The notes beneath the pieces are model-generated. The model ran no database searches. It worked only from the letters and a program-made list of their open reading frames with translations, and had not been told where the DNA came from. From Phoronis australis (Eukaryota > Animalia > Phoronida), in assembly GCA_002633005.1 (NCBI GenBank), contig NMRA01000363.1, positions 370,935-434,934 on the forward strand: 64,000 nucleotides of DNA, written 5' to 3'. The translations under genes were made by a program, and so were the position numbers. Below are positions 1 to 11,170 of the stretch, piece after piece (positions within the stretch are counted from its first letter, which is position 1; each line of letters starts with the position of its first letter).

Positions 1-1
1 G

Positions 2-3000
2 AACATTGACCAAGGTCTGGTTCGTAAAACGAAGGAGCAAGTAACAAAACTGCAGAAAGATGTCAACCAGGCACGCAGAGATTACGCAGAACTTTACAAG
101 GCACTGCAAAAGGCCATTTTGTCTCGAGCGAACACGACTATCTTGGAGGCCTTGCACAGATATGAAACGTTCGCACGCCAACATGGTGAGAATATAGATA
201 TCGACAACGAAATTATTCAGCAAGCAAAGAACATTGTTAAAGAGATGAACGAGCAAGTGCGCTCGAAAATAGAAAAACACAACACTTTGAAGCACGATCT
301 TGTGGAAGCCACGAAGGAGCGCAACATGAGCCAAATGATAACCTGCCTAGCAAATTATGAAAAGTTTTCAAAGTCAAATACGAAGATCTGTGATCTAGCA
401 CTTATTAGGCAAACTAAAGACGTCATTAAAAACCGGGAAAATGAAATAGTGCAGCTGAAAAGGAAACATAGTAATCTACGACAAGACCTAAAGACGGCGA
501 CTGGTGGTCGCAACCGAACTCAGATTGCTCAAAAGCTAGAGATCTACGAAACCTTTGCAGAAGAAAATAGCAACGTCGTTAAAGCAGATGTGCAACTGAC
601 GGCTGACTCTAAAAGTTTGCTCGAAGAACTGGACATTTTAGCGGCCAAGACCATGGAAGACGCAAACAAATTAAAGGAAGAGTTACTGAAAACAATGACT
701 TCTGTAAATTTGGATGAAATGAAAAGCGCCTTGTCGAAATACACGGACTTTGTAAAAGCTAATTCGACGTTAATTAGCAAAGATGAAGGGTTGACCAAGC
801 AAGCCACTGATCTAGTGAAAATGCGAGAACAAGAATGCTTTGAAGTGTATAAACAGCGTGACCGTATTGTGAAGAAACTGGAGACAGCGATTGCTTCACG
901 TGATGACGCAGCTATTGCAAGCACTCTGGCTGAGTATCAACAGTACGTTCGTGAATATTTCCAAGACATAACTTTGAACAACGACTTAGTGGAACGGTCT
1001 CAGTCAAAGATTAAAGAGATTGCTGACATGAGATCTAATGCCAAGTGTCGTGACGCAGATCTGAAGGAAAAGGTGCGCAGGGCGATGAAGACAGGAAATT
1101 TAGGAGATATGAAATCTGCTGTCGGGGCCTACAAAGAGTTTGCCAGCACTGTATCGGGTGTCGTTGATATTGACGGAAGCTTCACGGAAGAGGCTGACCG
1201 TGAGATAAAGAAGCGAGAAGCTGACATTCAAAAAGCAAAGAACGGGCAGCTTGAGCTTCGCCGTGAGTTGGAAGCCGCTTGTGCCTCTAGAGACAAAGGC
1301 GCTATAGAAAATATACTAAAAAAATACGAAAATTACGTTAAATCTAACGCCGAGAACATTGAACTTGAAACCGATATAATTAATCAATCAAAATCACTCA
1401 TCACTGAAATCGAACAAAAGTGCAATCACGCAAAAGAAGGACTCCTGTTGGCAAAACGAAAAATCGCAGGTGCCATTAAATCGTTTAGACTAGAAGACAT
1501 GAAAACAGCTCTAGAAGCGTATTTAGAATTTACGCGCGTGAACAAGGAATTTGTTGAGCTCGACCAGTTGGTCGTAAAACAGGCGCAAGAGTCAATAGCT
1601 AAACGAGAAGAAGAACTTAAGGAACTGTCGAAGGAGCAGACGTCCCTTGAAAATCAACTACGGAAATTCATAACAGACCGCAACAGAACTGCCATCGAAG
1701 AGCAGTTGTCTTTGTACGCAGAGTTCACCCGGCAACACTTCAACCAGATTCAGCCTCACAAGGAACTTCTCAACTCGGCAAAAGCAATTGTAGATGAAAT
1801 AGAACAGTCCGAACGTCTGGCGCAGAAGGAGTGCTCCGCGTTGGAGAAAAATTTGGAGGACGCCCTACAGTCTCTTAAATTGGAAGATATGAAGAATGCT
1901 TTGACGAAATACCAGGATTTTATGAAGATAAAATCTTCCGTTGTCGACGTTGATAGCACTTTGGTGAAAAAGGCCGAGCAAGCAATTAAGAAAAGAGAGC
2001 ATGAAATGGAAAACTTAAAAAAGAAGTGCATATATCTCAAGAAAGAACTTGAGAAAGCCCTTTCTTCACGCATTAAGCCGACTATTGACGAAAAACTGAG
2101 CAAATACAATGAATTTATCCAAAGCAGTCGTGGAAACTTCGACATAGACCAGGAACTGGTAAACAGGTCTAAAGTTGTTATTGAAGAACTGAAAACTGAA
2201 GCCAAAAAAATTAATGAGGATTACAATGTTTTAAAGGAAAAGTTAAAGGAAGCGCTGAAATCTCAAAAAGTGGATGAATTGATGTCCTTAATAACTGAGT
2301 ACGAAAAATTTATTAGTCAAGAACAGACCTCTTACGCAATCCAGGTTGACCACAACCTTTTGAAACAATCAAAAGATACGTTGAAAAAGAAGCAGGCAGA
2401 ACTCGGCAAACTTCTGAAAGAATTTGAGTTCCTAACGAGTGATCTACAAAAATCGAACGAAGCTCACGACAAGGAAGCTATCGAGAGTGCCTTACCTCGC
2501 TATGAGACGTTCGTGCGAGAAAACCATCAGCACATTGAAATCGACAACAATCTGATCAAGATGTCACAAAACATCCTACAAGAGATGGCAGTTGCTCAGC
2601 AGCAAGTTATTGAGGAACATAAGCTGTTGAAGGAAGAACTTCGGCGCGCCAGGGACGCGCTTGATGAGGCGCGGATCGCTGCGGCGGTGAAAAAGTACGA
2701 GGAGTTTCTGCAACAACACAAAGGATCGGTGTTTGCCGACAGAAATCTTCTGGTGGATGCAAAGAACGCTGTAATAGCCATGCACAAAAAGGTGTCGCTA
2801 ACAAACGCAGTAGAGGAGAGGGACCTGAAGCATTTGAATAAGGCCATTGGCGAGGTGGAGCGCAGGGGTATTGAACGCTTGGTTAAAGTCGAGCTGGAGG
2901 CCGCGAGAAAGATGAAAGAGTCACTGGAGCACATTGAGCAGCTGAGGCAAGCCATTTTGAATCTAGACCGAACCACGATGATGGAGATACGTGACTACAG

Positions 3001-3442
3001 TCATCCGCCGAAGGTCGTGCACGAGGTGATGATAGCAACCCTGTTGTTGCTAGGCGACTCAGAGAGTGTCACACGCGACTGGGGGACATGTCAGAAACTG
3101 TGTAGTAGTATTCGGACGCACGACTACCCAGGGCTGCTGAAGCGTGTCCGGGACCACAATTTCAAGTTTCTAAGTCCCGAAATCGCGGCGCGTGGAGTAG
3201 ACATTCTAAAAAATCACAACAAAGAGGAAATCAATTCCATCAGCCACGGTGCCTTCAACTTCTACGTCTGGGCTTCAGGCATGTGCGAGCTTTGCCTGTC
3301 ACTTACTGACGAGAAACCAAAGCCAGCGACAGGAGTTCGTCAAAAGCATATATTAACCAAAATGATGAATGAGATGACGGCTGCGTTAGACGTAAAATCG
3401 CTTTCACCTACTAAATCGTCATATTCTAGTTCTCAATTTTGA
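2..3442 (+). CDS. 3' part (one long terminal exon) of a 65-aa helical-repeat/coiled-coil protein with a C-terminal dynein microtubule-binding-domain-like module; 5' end outside the window
   Basis: The frame is open from base 2 (NIDQGLVRKTKEQ...), so the TTG at 119 is not a true start. A Y-x-x-F/Y motif recurs about every 195 nt (161, 356, 545, 740 ... 2696). The C-terminus ILNLDRTTMMEIRDYSHPPKVVHEVMIATLLLLG...W...SHGAFNFYVWA resembles the dynein MTBD pattern. Stop TGA at 3440-3442. Confidence 0.9.
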   Translation, partial: NIDQGLVRKTKEQVTKLQKDVNQARRDYAELYKALQKAILSRANTTILEALHRYETFARQHGENIDIDNEIIQQAKNIVKEMNEQVRSKIEKHNTLKHDLVEATKERNMSQMITCLANYEKFSKSNTKICDLALIRQTKDVIKNRENEIVQLKRKHSNLRQDLKTATGGRNRTQIAQKLEIYETFAEENSNVVKADVQLTADSKSLLEELDILAAKTMEDANKLKEELLKTMTSVNLDEMKSALSKYTDFVKANSTLISKDEGLTKQATDLVKMREQECFEVYKQRDRIVKKLETAIASRDDAAIASTLAEYQQYVREYFQDITLNNDLVERSQSKIKEIADMRSNAKCRDADLKEKVRRAMKTGNLGDMKSAVGAYKEFASTVSGVVDIDGSFTEEADREIKKREADIQKAKNGQLELRRELEAACASRDKGAIENILKKYENYVKSNAENIELETDIINQSKSLITEIEQKCNHAKEGLLLAKRKIAGAIKSFRLEDMKTALEAYLEFTRVNKEFVELDQLVVKQAQESIAKREEELKELSKEQTSLENQLRKFITDRNRTAIEEQLSLYAEFTRQHFNQIQPHKELLNSAKAIVDEIEQSERLAQKECSALEKNLEDALQSLKLEDMKNALTKYQDFMKIKSSVVDVDSTLVKKAEQAIKKREHEMENLKKKCIYLKKELEKALSSRIKPTIDEKLSKYNEFIQSSRGNFDIDQELVNRSKVVIEELKTEAKKINEDYNVLKEKLKEALKSQKVDELMSLITEYEKFISQEQTSYAIQVDHNLLKQSKDTLKKKQAELGKLLKEFEFLTSDLQKSNEAHDKEAIESALPRYETFVRENHQHIEIDNNLIKMSQNILQEMAVAQQQVIEEHKLLKEELRRARDALDEARIAAAVKKYEEFLQQHKGSVFADRNLLVDAKNAVIAMHKKVSLTNAVEERDLKHLNKAIGEVERRGIERLVKVELEAARKMKESLEHIEQLRQAILNLDRTTMMEIRDYSHPPKVVHEVMIATLLLLGDSESVTRDWGTCQKLCSSIRTHDYPGLLKRVRDHNFKFLSPEIAARGVDILKNHNKEEINSISHGAFNFYVWASGMCELCLSLTDEKPKPATGVRQKHILTKMMNEMTAALDVKSLSPTKSSYSSSQF

Positions 3443-3701
3443 CCCCATATCGTATGACATTTTATTCAAAGGGTTTTATTGTGCTGAATTGATATTTGAC
3501 GTGAATTTCCAAATTCTGTCCTCTGAATCTCTGCATGAACCTGATAAAGGAATGATTTACAAACGTAGCACTAATGCTGTCGCGGCGCATGAGTTTCGTG
3601 AGACATTCGAACTGCATCTATTTAAAAGAATCTGAAAAGTTCAGCACGCTTTTTCATTCAATTAACGAGATTTCATTAGAAGTTGAATACGAAACACATC
3701 C

Positions 3702-5051
3702 TCAGTTGCGGATAACAAAATCAGTTGGTTTGTTAGCTTTACGCTTTTCAATTATGATTTTGATAACAAAAAAGAATGCATCAGTTAAAGTCATAATGGA
3801 TATACCGCACCAGAATCCTAAATATCCTCCAATTTCTGACAAGAGAGACCACAGTCCATCAACGTAGTATGCGTGCTCAGTAATCACTTCAGTTTCGTCG
3901 GTGTTGAAGGAAACAGTAACTTGGGCAAAGTTAGTGTTAATCAACTTGTTCTTTAGTATATACTCCATGCTGTGTTTCGATAGTTCTTTGTAAGCTGACG
4001 ACGCCGTATTGTTTTGCACATACTTTCTGTAGAATGCCGCTGGCATGTAATTGTTCGGCCAGTAGAGGGCAGACTGGCTTAACTTGTAATTAAACTCAGC
4101 ACACGCCTCCTGACAGTCACAGTGCACGTGGTTCTTCTCGTAGAAATCTTTTTTCGCGTTAAACATACAGTCCACTTGGTTGGCCAATTTGACAAACGTA
4201 CAGTCGTCTATCGCCGTAGTATTTCCGCAGAATGGCACCTGCGGGTGCTGCTGCAACGGAAGATCGGAATCTTTACAATGACATTTGTCAACCACGTACG
4301 ACTGTTCGCAAAAGCGCAGACACGTAGCCTTCGAATATCGATAGAATTCAATTGCGACTTGGTTGGTACAGTTCGACTCAAAGGGGGCACTTAGTCGCTT
4401 CGTTTTCACGGGATAGACAAATATTGAGGTAGAAAAGCCAGGTGCTATTTTAAGAGAGTTCTCGTACGGATTAACAAAATCTCTTGGGTTATGAACCATT
4501 AACTGAAGACCGTGAGAATTCAGCTCTGTCATGCCAGCATACCCATACGGAAAGTTGATCTGCTCTTCCACGGTTAGAATCGGTGAATAGGCGAACAAGA
4601 TCAACGATAGCCCATTGTCACCGCCAGCACTTTTTGCGGAGTCATCACCCATGTCAATCGTAAAACATCGCCCGTAATAAGGATTCAAAAATCCGGTGAT
4701 CTTGCTTTTGTTGCAGGGCTTACCGCCATATTCACAATTGATGATGATATCGTCCACCTTCCACGTGTATGCGCCAATCCCCTCAACATTTTCGAAAAAC
4801 AACGGATACGCGTCGTATTTTTTATGCGGTAGCGTATTCGTAAATGTTCCACAGCTGAATGCTTCACTCGCTTTAGCGAAGAGTATCTCTGGTGTGACTG
4901 GCACTACGTTACATACCGAGACACTGGGGAACGGCTTGTTCGATGTGAACGTTTTGGTTACCGACTGGTAGTGAGGGTAGCGGAAGTAGTTAGCAATGGC
5001 CACTACCACATTCACCGCAACTACGGAGAGACTGGTCGTTAAGACTACCAC
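3702..5051 (-). CDS. DEG/ENaC (amiloride-sensitive sodium channel family) subunit, exon 2
   Basis: Acceptor ttatttcag|GTG at 5051 (phase 0). Motifs: end of TM1 (..NYFRYP), FPSVSVCN, YGRCFT, GLSLIL, Cys-rich thumb, TM2 LLSEIGGYLGFWCGISIMT with the G-x-S filter. The first ~64 aa of the ORF-track protein (5052-5243) are intron read-through. Confidence 0.92.
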   Translation of the reverse strand: MVVLTTSLSVVAVNVVVAIANYFRYPHYQSVTKTFTSNKPFPSVSVCNVVPVTPEILFAKASEAFSCGTFTNTLPHKKYDAYPLFFENVEGIGAYTWKVDDIIINCEYGGKPCNKSKITGFLNPYYGRCFTIDMGDDSAKSAGGDNGLSLILFAYSPILTVEEQINFPYGYAGMTELNSHGLQLMVHNPRDFVNPYENSLKIAPGFSTSIFVYPVKTKRLSAPFESNCTNQVAIEFYRYSKATCLRFCEQSYVVDKCHCKDSDLPLQQHPQVPFCGNTTAIDDCTFVKLANQVDCMFNAKKDFYEKNHVHCDCQEACAEFNYKLSQSALYWPNNYMPAAFYRKYVQNNTASSAYKELSKHSMEYILKNKLINTNFAQVTVSFNTDETEVITEHAYYVDGLWSLLSEIGGYLGFWCGISIMTLTDAFFFVIKIIIEKRKANKPTDFVIRN

Positions 5052-6106
5052 CTGAAATAATATTTTCTTACATTTCTTCACATTTGTTATATAAGTATAG
5101 CTCAATAGCAGCCCTTCGTTTACACAAACTTCGTTGAAAACGCAACTAAACCTTATGTTTGAGAGCTTGATACTGGTTCGCTCGTAGTGTCGGAACAATC
5201 TTTCTTCAAGTGTGCAGCTATGTAGTGAAACACCGAGAAACATAACAAAAAATTAAATATAGCTAGTGTTTTAATTATCAAACCTTTAAGCTAACTTGTT
5301 TTTTAGTTTGTCTTAGGTAGCTAAGTCCGTGTCATTTTTACCATGTTTTAATGGTTCTGTATTGTTGGAATTGAAACTAAACGAGATTTTACGAGTTTTC
5401 ATAGTGTTTTGAAATTTTCCTCAAGTATTTTGAGATAATGGGTCATGTTTCAGACACTTTCGTGTTCACCAATTTATACTTTCGCCATTATTGTTAGAGA
5501 ATGCAAGACCACGTCACTTTGGGGATTTTTTACTTAGAACAAGACCATGATTCGTGTCGTTGCATAACATATCAGAAGTTCGGTTTAGTATGAGTGTAAT
5601 CGTCTTGTTCGCCAAGGTCGTGTGCAGCATCTTTAAAGTGGAAAGAAACCCGTCTTCCATCGCGAAAAATAATAACTTTTGATTTCAACCAGTTACCGTT
5701 ACAATATTTTTCTCAAATATTTTCACAGTAAAGATAGAAGAGATTTCAGCACTGAGAAGGAATTGGCATTTCGTTATTGCTCGAGACATTTCGTTATTGG
5801 GCGAGACAAGGCTCTTCAAATTGACTTGTCACGTCGGGTTATTTTATACGTCAATAATGATCCAAAGACATAAACGAAGATCCACTTCTCTGCAAGACCA
5901 CAAAGCACTTCTCATTTTAGTAAGAAACTAGTTGAGACTGATTTTGTAGGGTTACAGTAAGTGGCTAGCGAACTATTAATATCCATCAACAGTCAATTTG
6001 TCAACAACTGCTCTATTCTAACGGTAATTTGCATCTACTTTACGGACACAAGCAGGGACACTGAGGAAACTTCACTCATTTGGTGGCTTCCTGGCTAACG
6101 ATCAGC

Positions 6107-6455
6107 CGCCGCTAAATCCAGTCTCCAAATCCCAATCCCCGCACTCAACCTCAGTATTGGTAGACACTCTGATTTTGTACTTGAATTCGTTGCGATTCAT
6201 TGTAAATAAGATGACTCAGTATTAAATCTACGAATTGGAGTTTGAATAAAAATGTCGAGTTTGAATTCGAGTTTGGATCTCTGTTATCAAAAATTAACCT
6301 TGAATTAGTACTTATATCCCTTCGGAATCGTAACATAATCAAGAAAATATCATGCGTATTAAATTCATAGTCAGAAAAGAAGTTATCAAAACCTAAACTT
6401 CGAGTTTGAGGTCGCATTCAAAGATTGGATTTAGGACCTTTTAGTTTCGTGTTAC
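6107..6455. repeat. Short palindromic MITE-like repeat in the DEG/ENaC intron
   Basis: Imperfect inverted ends (ctaaatccagtctcc.. / ..agattggatttagg). A similar organisation occurs at about 49690-49960. Confidence 0.35.
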
Positions 6456-6614
6456 ACCCCGTTTTACAAATGTTACTTTTGTAATAAAAACATTATGTAT
6501 AAAGCACTGAGGCCGATTCATGCAAGTCAAGGTGCTCACTCAAATGAAAGTCACAGACGCGTATTGTACCAAGATAAAATATGAAACTTTTGTCATTTTG
6601 GTGTAACGACTTAC

Positions 6615-6722
6615 CATCGCAACGCGAAGGGCTTTGTTATATCTGTCATTAGCCAACTGAGATACGCCGTGACAGGACGTTGAATCACAAAACTCAGAAA
6701 AATACTCGCCCTTTGTCTTCAT
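6615..6722 (-). CDS. DEG/ENaC subunit, exon 1 (N-terminal HG gating motif)
   Basis: MKTKGEYFSEFCDSTSCHGVSQL carries the family F-x-x-x-T-S-x-H-G motif. Donor ATG|gtaagt at 6615/6614 is phase 0 and joins exon 2 in frame (..LRVAM|VVVLTTSL..). Confidence 0.85.
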
Positions 6723-7780
6723 TTTCAGCTCGCTTCTTGGCAAAGTATATAGGGCCAAGGTAACCCAAAGTCCACTCGATTGTGGAAATACAGTTGAGGA
6801 AATGTCTTCACTTCAATAAAGCCGAAACTCTTTAAGTTGCTAAACGCGTTTCTCATGTTTCCGTGGGAACCGGAACATTGGTCTTGTTCAAACAAGTGAC
6901 TATTGGTAAATCCAGGTTCGGGTTGGGGGTGGGGGGGTTGACTTACTACATCGACTCAGTTATAGGCTGGATTGCCAGCAGAAAGTGATCTAATTTACAC
7001 ATCATATGTTTTCCCACAAAATGTATGCACGGCACAATGTTCCTAACCGCCGTTTACCCCCAAGCCCGGTCGTCATGTGTCAGTGTGGCACGATTGCTAG
7101 TGAGAAGGGTACTTTTAACTGGTGGACATAAATGCAAAATCCTCGTATAACGAGAACAAATACGGATACCCCTCCGGATGCCAGGTAAATTAAGGATTGT
7201 TGACGGTATTTTCACATCGGTTCGTGTATGCGGCGTATCACGCACTGAAATCAGCCATGTAAATAAATCAAAGAAATGCGTGACGTAGACTGGTGTGAGA
7301 ACGTGAAACGATACACCTCGCGAGGACTCCAGATAGATCGTTCACCCCATGAAATGAAATATGATATTAATGAGAGTTTTTAGTTGAAAAGTTTTTACAG
7401 AAAACTTAAAGTACATTTAATTCGCCGGCAGGGTTTTTACCATTCAGCATTCACTGCGTCCGAAAAACGCACTTACGAAAAGAATCGCATGACCTCGCTT
7501 AGGCTAAAATTACGACTTCATAACGGACCGTGAAGCACAAAACTTGCGGGGCATGCAGTGTAATCAAGAGAAGTGAAATAAACGTTCACGTCATTTCTCC
7601 TCTCGCGTAAGGTCTATTCACGACCACTGACACAAATCTGTATTCAGACGTAGTCCAGTCATTCTACGGATAACCCGAAAAAAATTGCAACAGAAGGTTT
7701 TATTGCATAAATCGTATCCTTTCACACCCCTTATTGGGAAAAAAAGTCTACCGGAATCGGAGTGGCGGAAGTTGGTTTTT

Positions 7781-8420
7781 CAAGATGGCGGACAAAATGG
7801 CCGCCAGATTTTCTGATACGCACTATAACTGAAGAGTGGAATGTGATAGAGTAAAAATTTAAAAAGGTTTACCTATGTTTTGTTGGTCAAAAAATCCATT
7901 GGAAATGGTTTACATGGCTGTGGTGACACCGTCCGCCATTTTCCAAGATGGCCGCCAAATCTACTTGAGTCGCACAACTTCAAACGAACAGATTAGTGTA
8001 TCTTCTTGCTTCAAACATCGCATCATAGGTTTTATGGGTCGACTAATCCATTGAGACTCATTGCATTTGGTACTAATGATTACTTCCACCATTTCCAAGA
8101 TGGCGGACAAAATGGCCGCCAGATTTGCAGATGATCATTATAACTCGAGAGTGGAATGTGATAGAGTAAAAATTCAAAAATGTTTACCTATCTTTTTTGG
8201 GTCAACAAATCCATTGGAAAAGTTTTGCATGGCCGTGGTGACACCATCAGCCATTTTCCAAGATGGCCTTCAAAACTATTTCGAATCGCACAACTTCGCA
8301 CAAACAGATTAGTGTATCGTCTTGCTTCAAGTATCATATGTTTTCTGGGTCGACTAATCCATTTAGACTCATTGCGTTTGGCTCTAATGATTACTTCCAC
8401 CATTTTCTAAGATGGCCACC
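7781..8420. repeat. Two tandem ~315-bp subterminal repeats rich in CAAGATGGCGG / GCCATTTT motifs
   Basis: Units begin caagatggcggacaaaatggccgccagattt at about 7781 and 8096. The motif matches the YY1 consensus. Confidence 0.8.
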
Positions 8421-8759
8421 AAATAGTTGCTTCGTGTGAGAACTTCCGATTCCAAAGACACGCCATATCCTGAGCTTTTTAAGTCAGCACATCCATTACA
8501 ATATTTTTTGTCTGGCTCTTGATGATTACGACTACCATTTTCAAAATGGTTTAACGAATAACTTATTTGGGTCAAAAACATCAGGTTTGCCTGAACTGAA
8601 GGATCATTCTCCTCCTGAAAAAATGTGCTGTATTGAAAATAACTCTCTGCAATTAATTCAGTGATCTACTATCCACACTGTCTGTGTCACTTCCAGTTAG
8701 TTGTAAATGCTAGTGAATCTATACACAATCAACCAGAACTTACACAACTAATCTCTGTC

Positions 8760-11170
8760 AACTCAGAATGAATTGCTGCAGCTAAAACCACGGCATTCTC
8801 CACATGCAACCGAGTACACCTATCCTAACTTCTTGCAAGTACATCTCTTGGAACTACAGTTGGTCTTACACGAGCATCTCACTACTTTCAGCAGGTTCTC
8901 TGGTGCTGCTGAATGGTCCGTCGTCGTGGGAATGAATTTTCCACCTGGCAGCATCCATCCCCAATACAGCGAGTCTAGGCCACTGCCACGGAAACTTGAC
9001 CGCACTTGCTCTTGATAATATGTCCCGGCAGCATGGAATTTAGCTACTGAAGAAAGGTGGTGAAAATGACTGTATTTGGGCTGTGGCTAGTCCGACACCT
9101 CATCCACAAATTGCCTGTATCGCAAATCACCCAAATTTCCACAGCCAGTACCGCCATGAAGCACAGATACAACTCTTGCCAGCTTCAAATGTCTTGATTC
9201 AGCTGCATGTATCTAGTGAATACTCTTAGAGTTTTTGCAGAATTCTCGAACAGCTGTAATGTTGTGTTGCAACCACCTATTGCATGCGCAAATGGCAAAA
9301 CTGCGCAAGTTTCGGCACCAAGAGACAACTGTAGTTCCTTGATGTCCCAGACTCTCCTCTTGCTTTGGTGTCTCTTGTCAAATTTCTTGAACATGAAATT
9401 TGTTGTGAAGTAGCATGGTAACGCAAAAGAACCAACAAGCCTGTATCGTCTGCAATAAGGGTAGTTGGACCTTGTGCTGTGTTCTCTACTGCTGTTTCTA
9501 CAATTAAAACACCTGTGTCACCTTGAGCTTGTACCACTGTGCAACCAGCATTTCCTAGCAAACTTGACAAGAAGTGAGTGAATCGTTTGTTTTTGCTTTT
9601 TGCAAAAAATGTTCCTTTTTTAGTTGATCACCATGTCACCATTGAAGTGAACTTCAGTTCCAACCACCCCACCCAGTCTTCGAACATGAAAGACATCTTT
9701 AGTTGATGGTCCATCTCAGTAACCATCAAAAACAACAATAGGCTGGGTGCACTTGCAGATGTAATCCATATAACCTAGCTCTACCAAATGACTGATACGT
9801 TTCACCTCTAGGCCATGGAATACGGTGAAGGAGAGAACCGCCGTCGATTACATGCATCACCGTGTTTTCTGAAAATTGAAATCCTCAGGTAGGCCTCTAC
9901 GGGACCAGAGTGTATCAGCTCATATTGATTTATTAGCGACTCTAGGAAGACCAAATGTATCAAAAAGAACAGGGGAACCATCACACAGCTCAAACTTCAA
10001 AAGGCTTGATGAACTTTCACTGTTGTCTTTTGCAGCTGTCAGGATTTGCTGAAATAACAGTCGTGGATCCACTTGTGTAAAATTACTATAAGCAGCATGA
10101 ATTCAACAATTCTGCGGATGTCTTTGTCGTCACGCGACTGTCTTGCCTGGATACATTCTTTATGCTGCTGACTTGTTTCACAACTTAAGTTTGTCACAGT
10201 CTGCATGGTACCATTTATACTTGAGCATGCCGACAAGGAAAGCAACCACAGTGCACTCTGTGTATCTCCCATTTCGAAACCTCAAGTTAAACCTCCTGTT
10301 TTTTAATGGTTTTCATGAGCATTTGTTCAATTACAAGGTCTTATCTCATTATGACAAGCCTGCCCAGAATCTGTCACTTTGTCTTATGGTTTGTTGGCCG
10401 TAGACGTCTGGACGGGTGTCTTTGAGTTGCTACGTCTGCTTCAGTCAAGTATATGTATGAAGATTTTGCATAAGAGTTGTGACCAGCAGCGGCAAAGTAA
10501 GGCAGCATTTCAAAAACTACTTTTAGGTGAAGCTCCCAATCTGACATTATTTCTGCTTTTAAAAAAGTCGAAGGATGTCAATCATCTTCATGTACTGTAG
10601 TCAAAGACTAATGATTGGACTTTGCAAGGACAAGTCTGATCTTTTATGGATTCCCACAAGACACTCCGACGAGAATACATCGTCGCACACAGACGTCATG
10701 CAAACAATAAGATCATCATACCTCTTCAGACCAGCTCTCACATCATCATGAAGAATATCATTGGCCATTGATTCTTCTGACGAACTATTCTCTGTCACTG
10801 TGGATTCTGAAGACCTACATGTATACTCTGATTCAGTCGTTTTTGAATATACCAACGGCAGTAGGTCGGAAACCAGAAGTGAACTCTTGTGAGGGCATTC
10901 CACTGTAATCCAAGGTTCAGAATCAGAAGACACTGGCTGGGCATGGCATGATAGCATTCAGTGCTGAGTCTACCAACATATGCCCCCTCACTGCTCTATC
11001 CACACTTTTTCCATTTAACATAAGGATCACACTGTTTGATGCATGCACCGTCTCAAGAACTCCTTGAAGCCCTGTGCTTGACATTACGTATCCAATACAT
11101 TCCAGAAAGCTCATCTCAGTATGAAATCTTCCAAGCCTGGCTAAGAACAAGTGACTGCAGATCACTATCG
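8760..11170 (-). pseudogene. Disrupted transposon ORF: transposase-like, PIN/XPG-like and CXC segments
   Basis: Fragments in order: RLGRFHTEMSFLECIG..RAVRGH; HVIDGGSLLHRIPWP; PIVVFDGY*DGPSTK; QAQGDTGVLIV..ADDTGLLVLL; FAHAIGGCNTT; APENLLKVVRCSCKTNCSSKRCTCKK. Multiple stops and frameshifts; the N-terminus is deleted. Confidence 0.8.

Noticed and set aside
544-2976. Antisense ORFs within the repeat-rod gene
   Set aside because: Shadow frames of a long coding exon, with no recognisable motifs.
5052-5243. N-terminal 64 aa of the 513-aa ORF as part of the channel
   Set aside because: It lacks the HG motif. A good acceptor at 5051 and an in-phase HG exon at 6615-6722 explain the real N-terminus.
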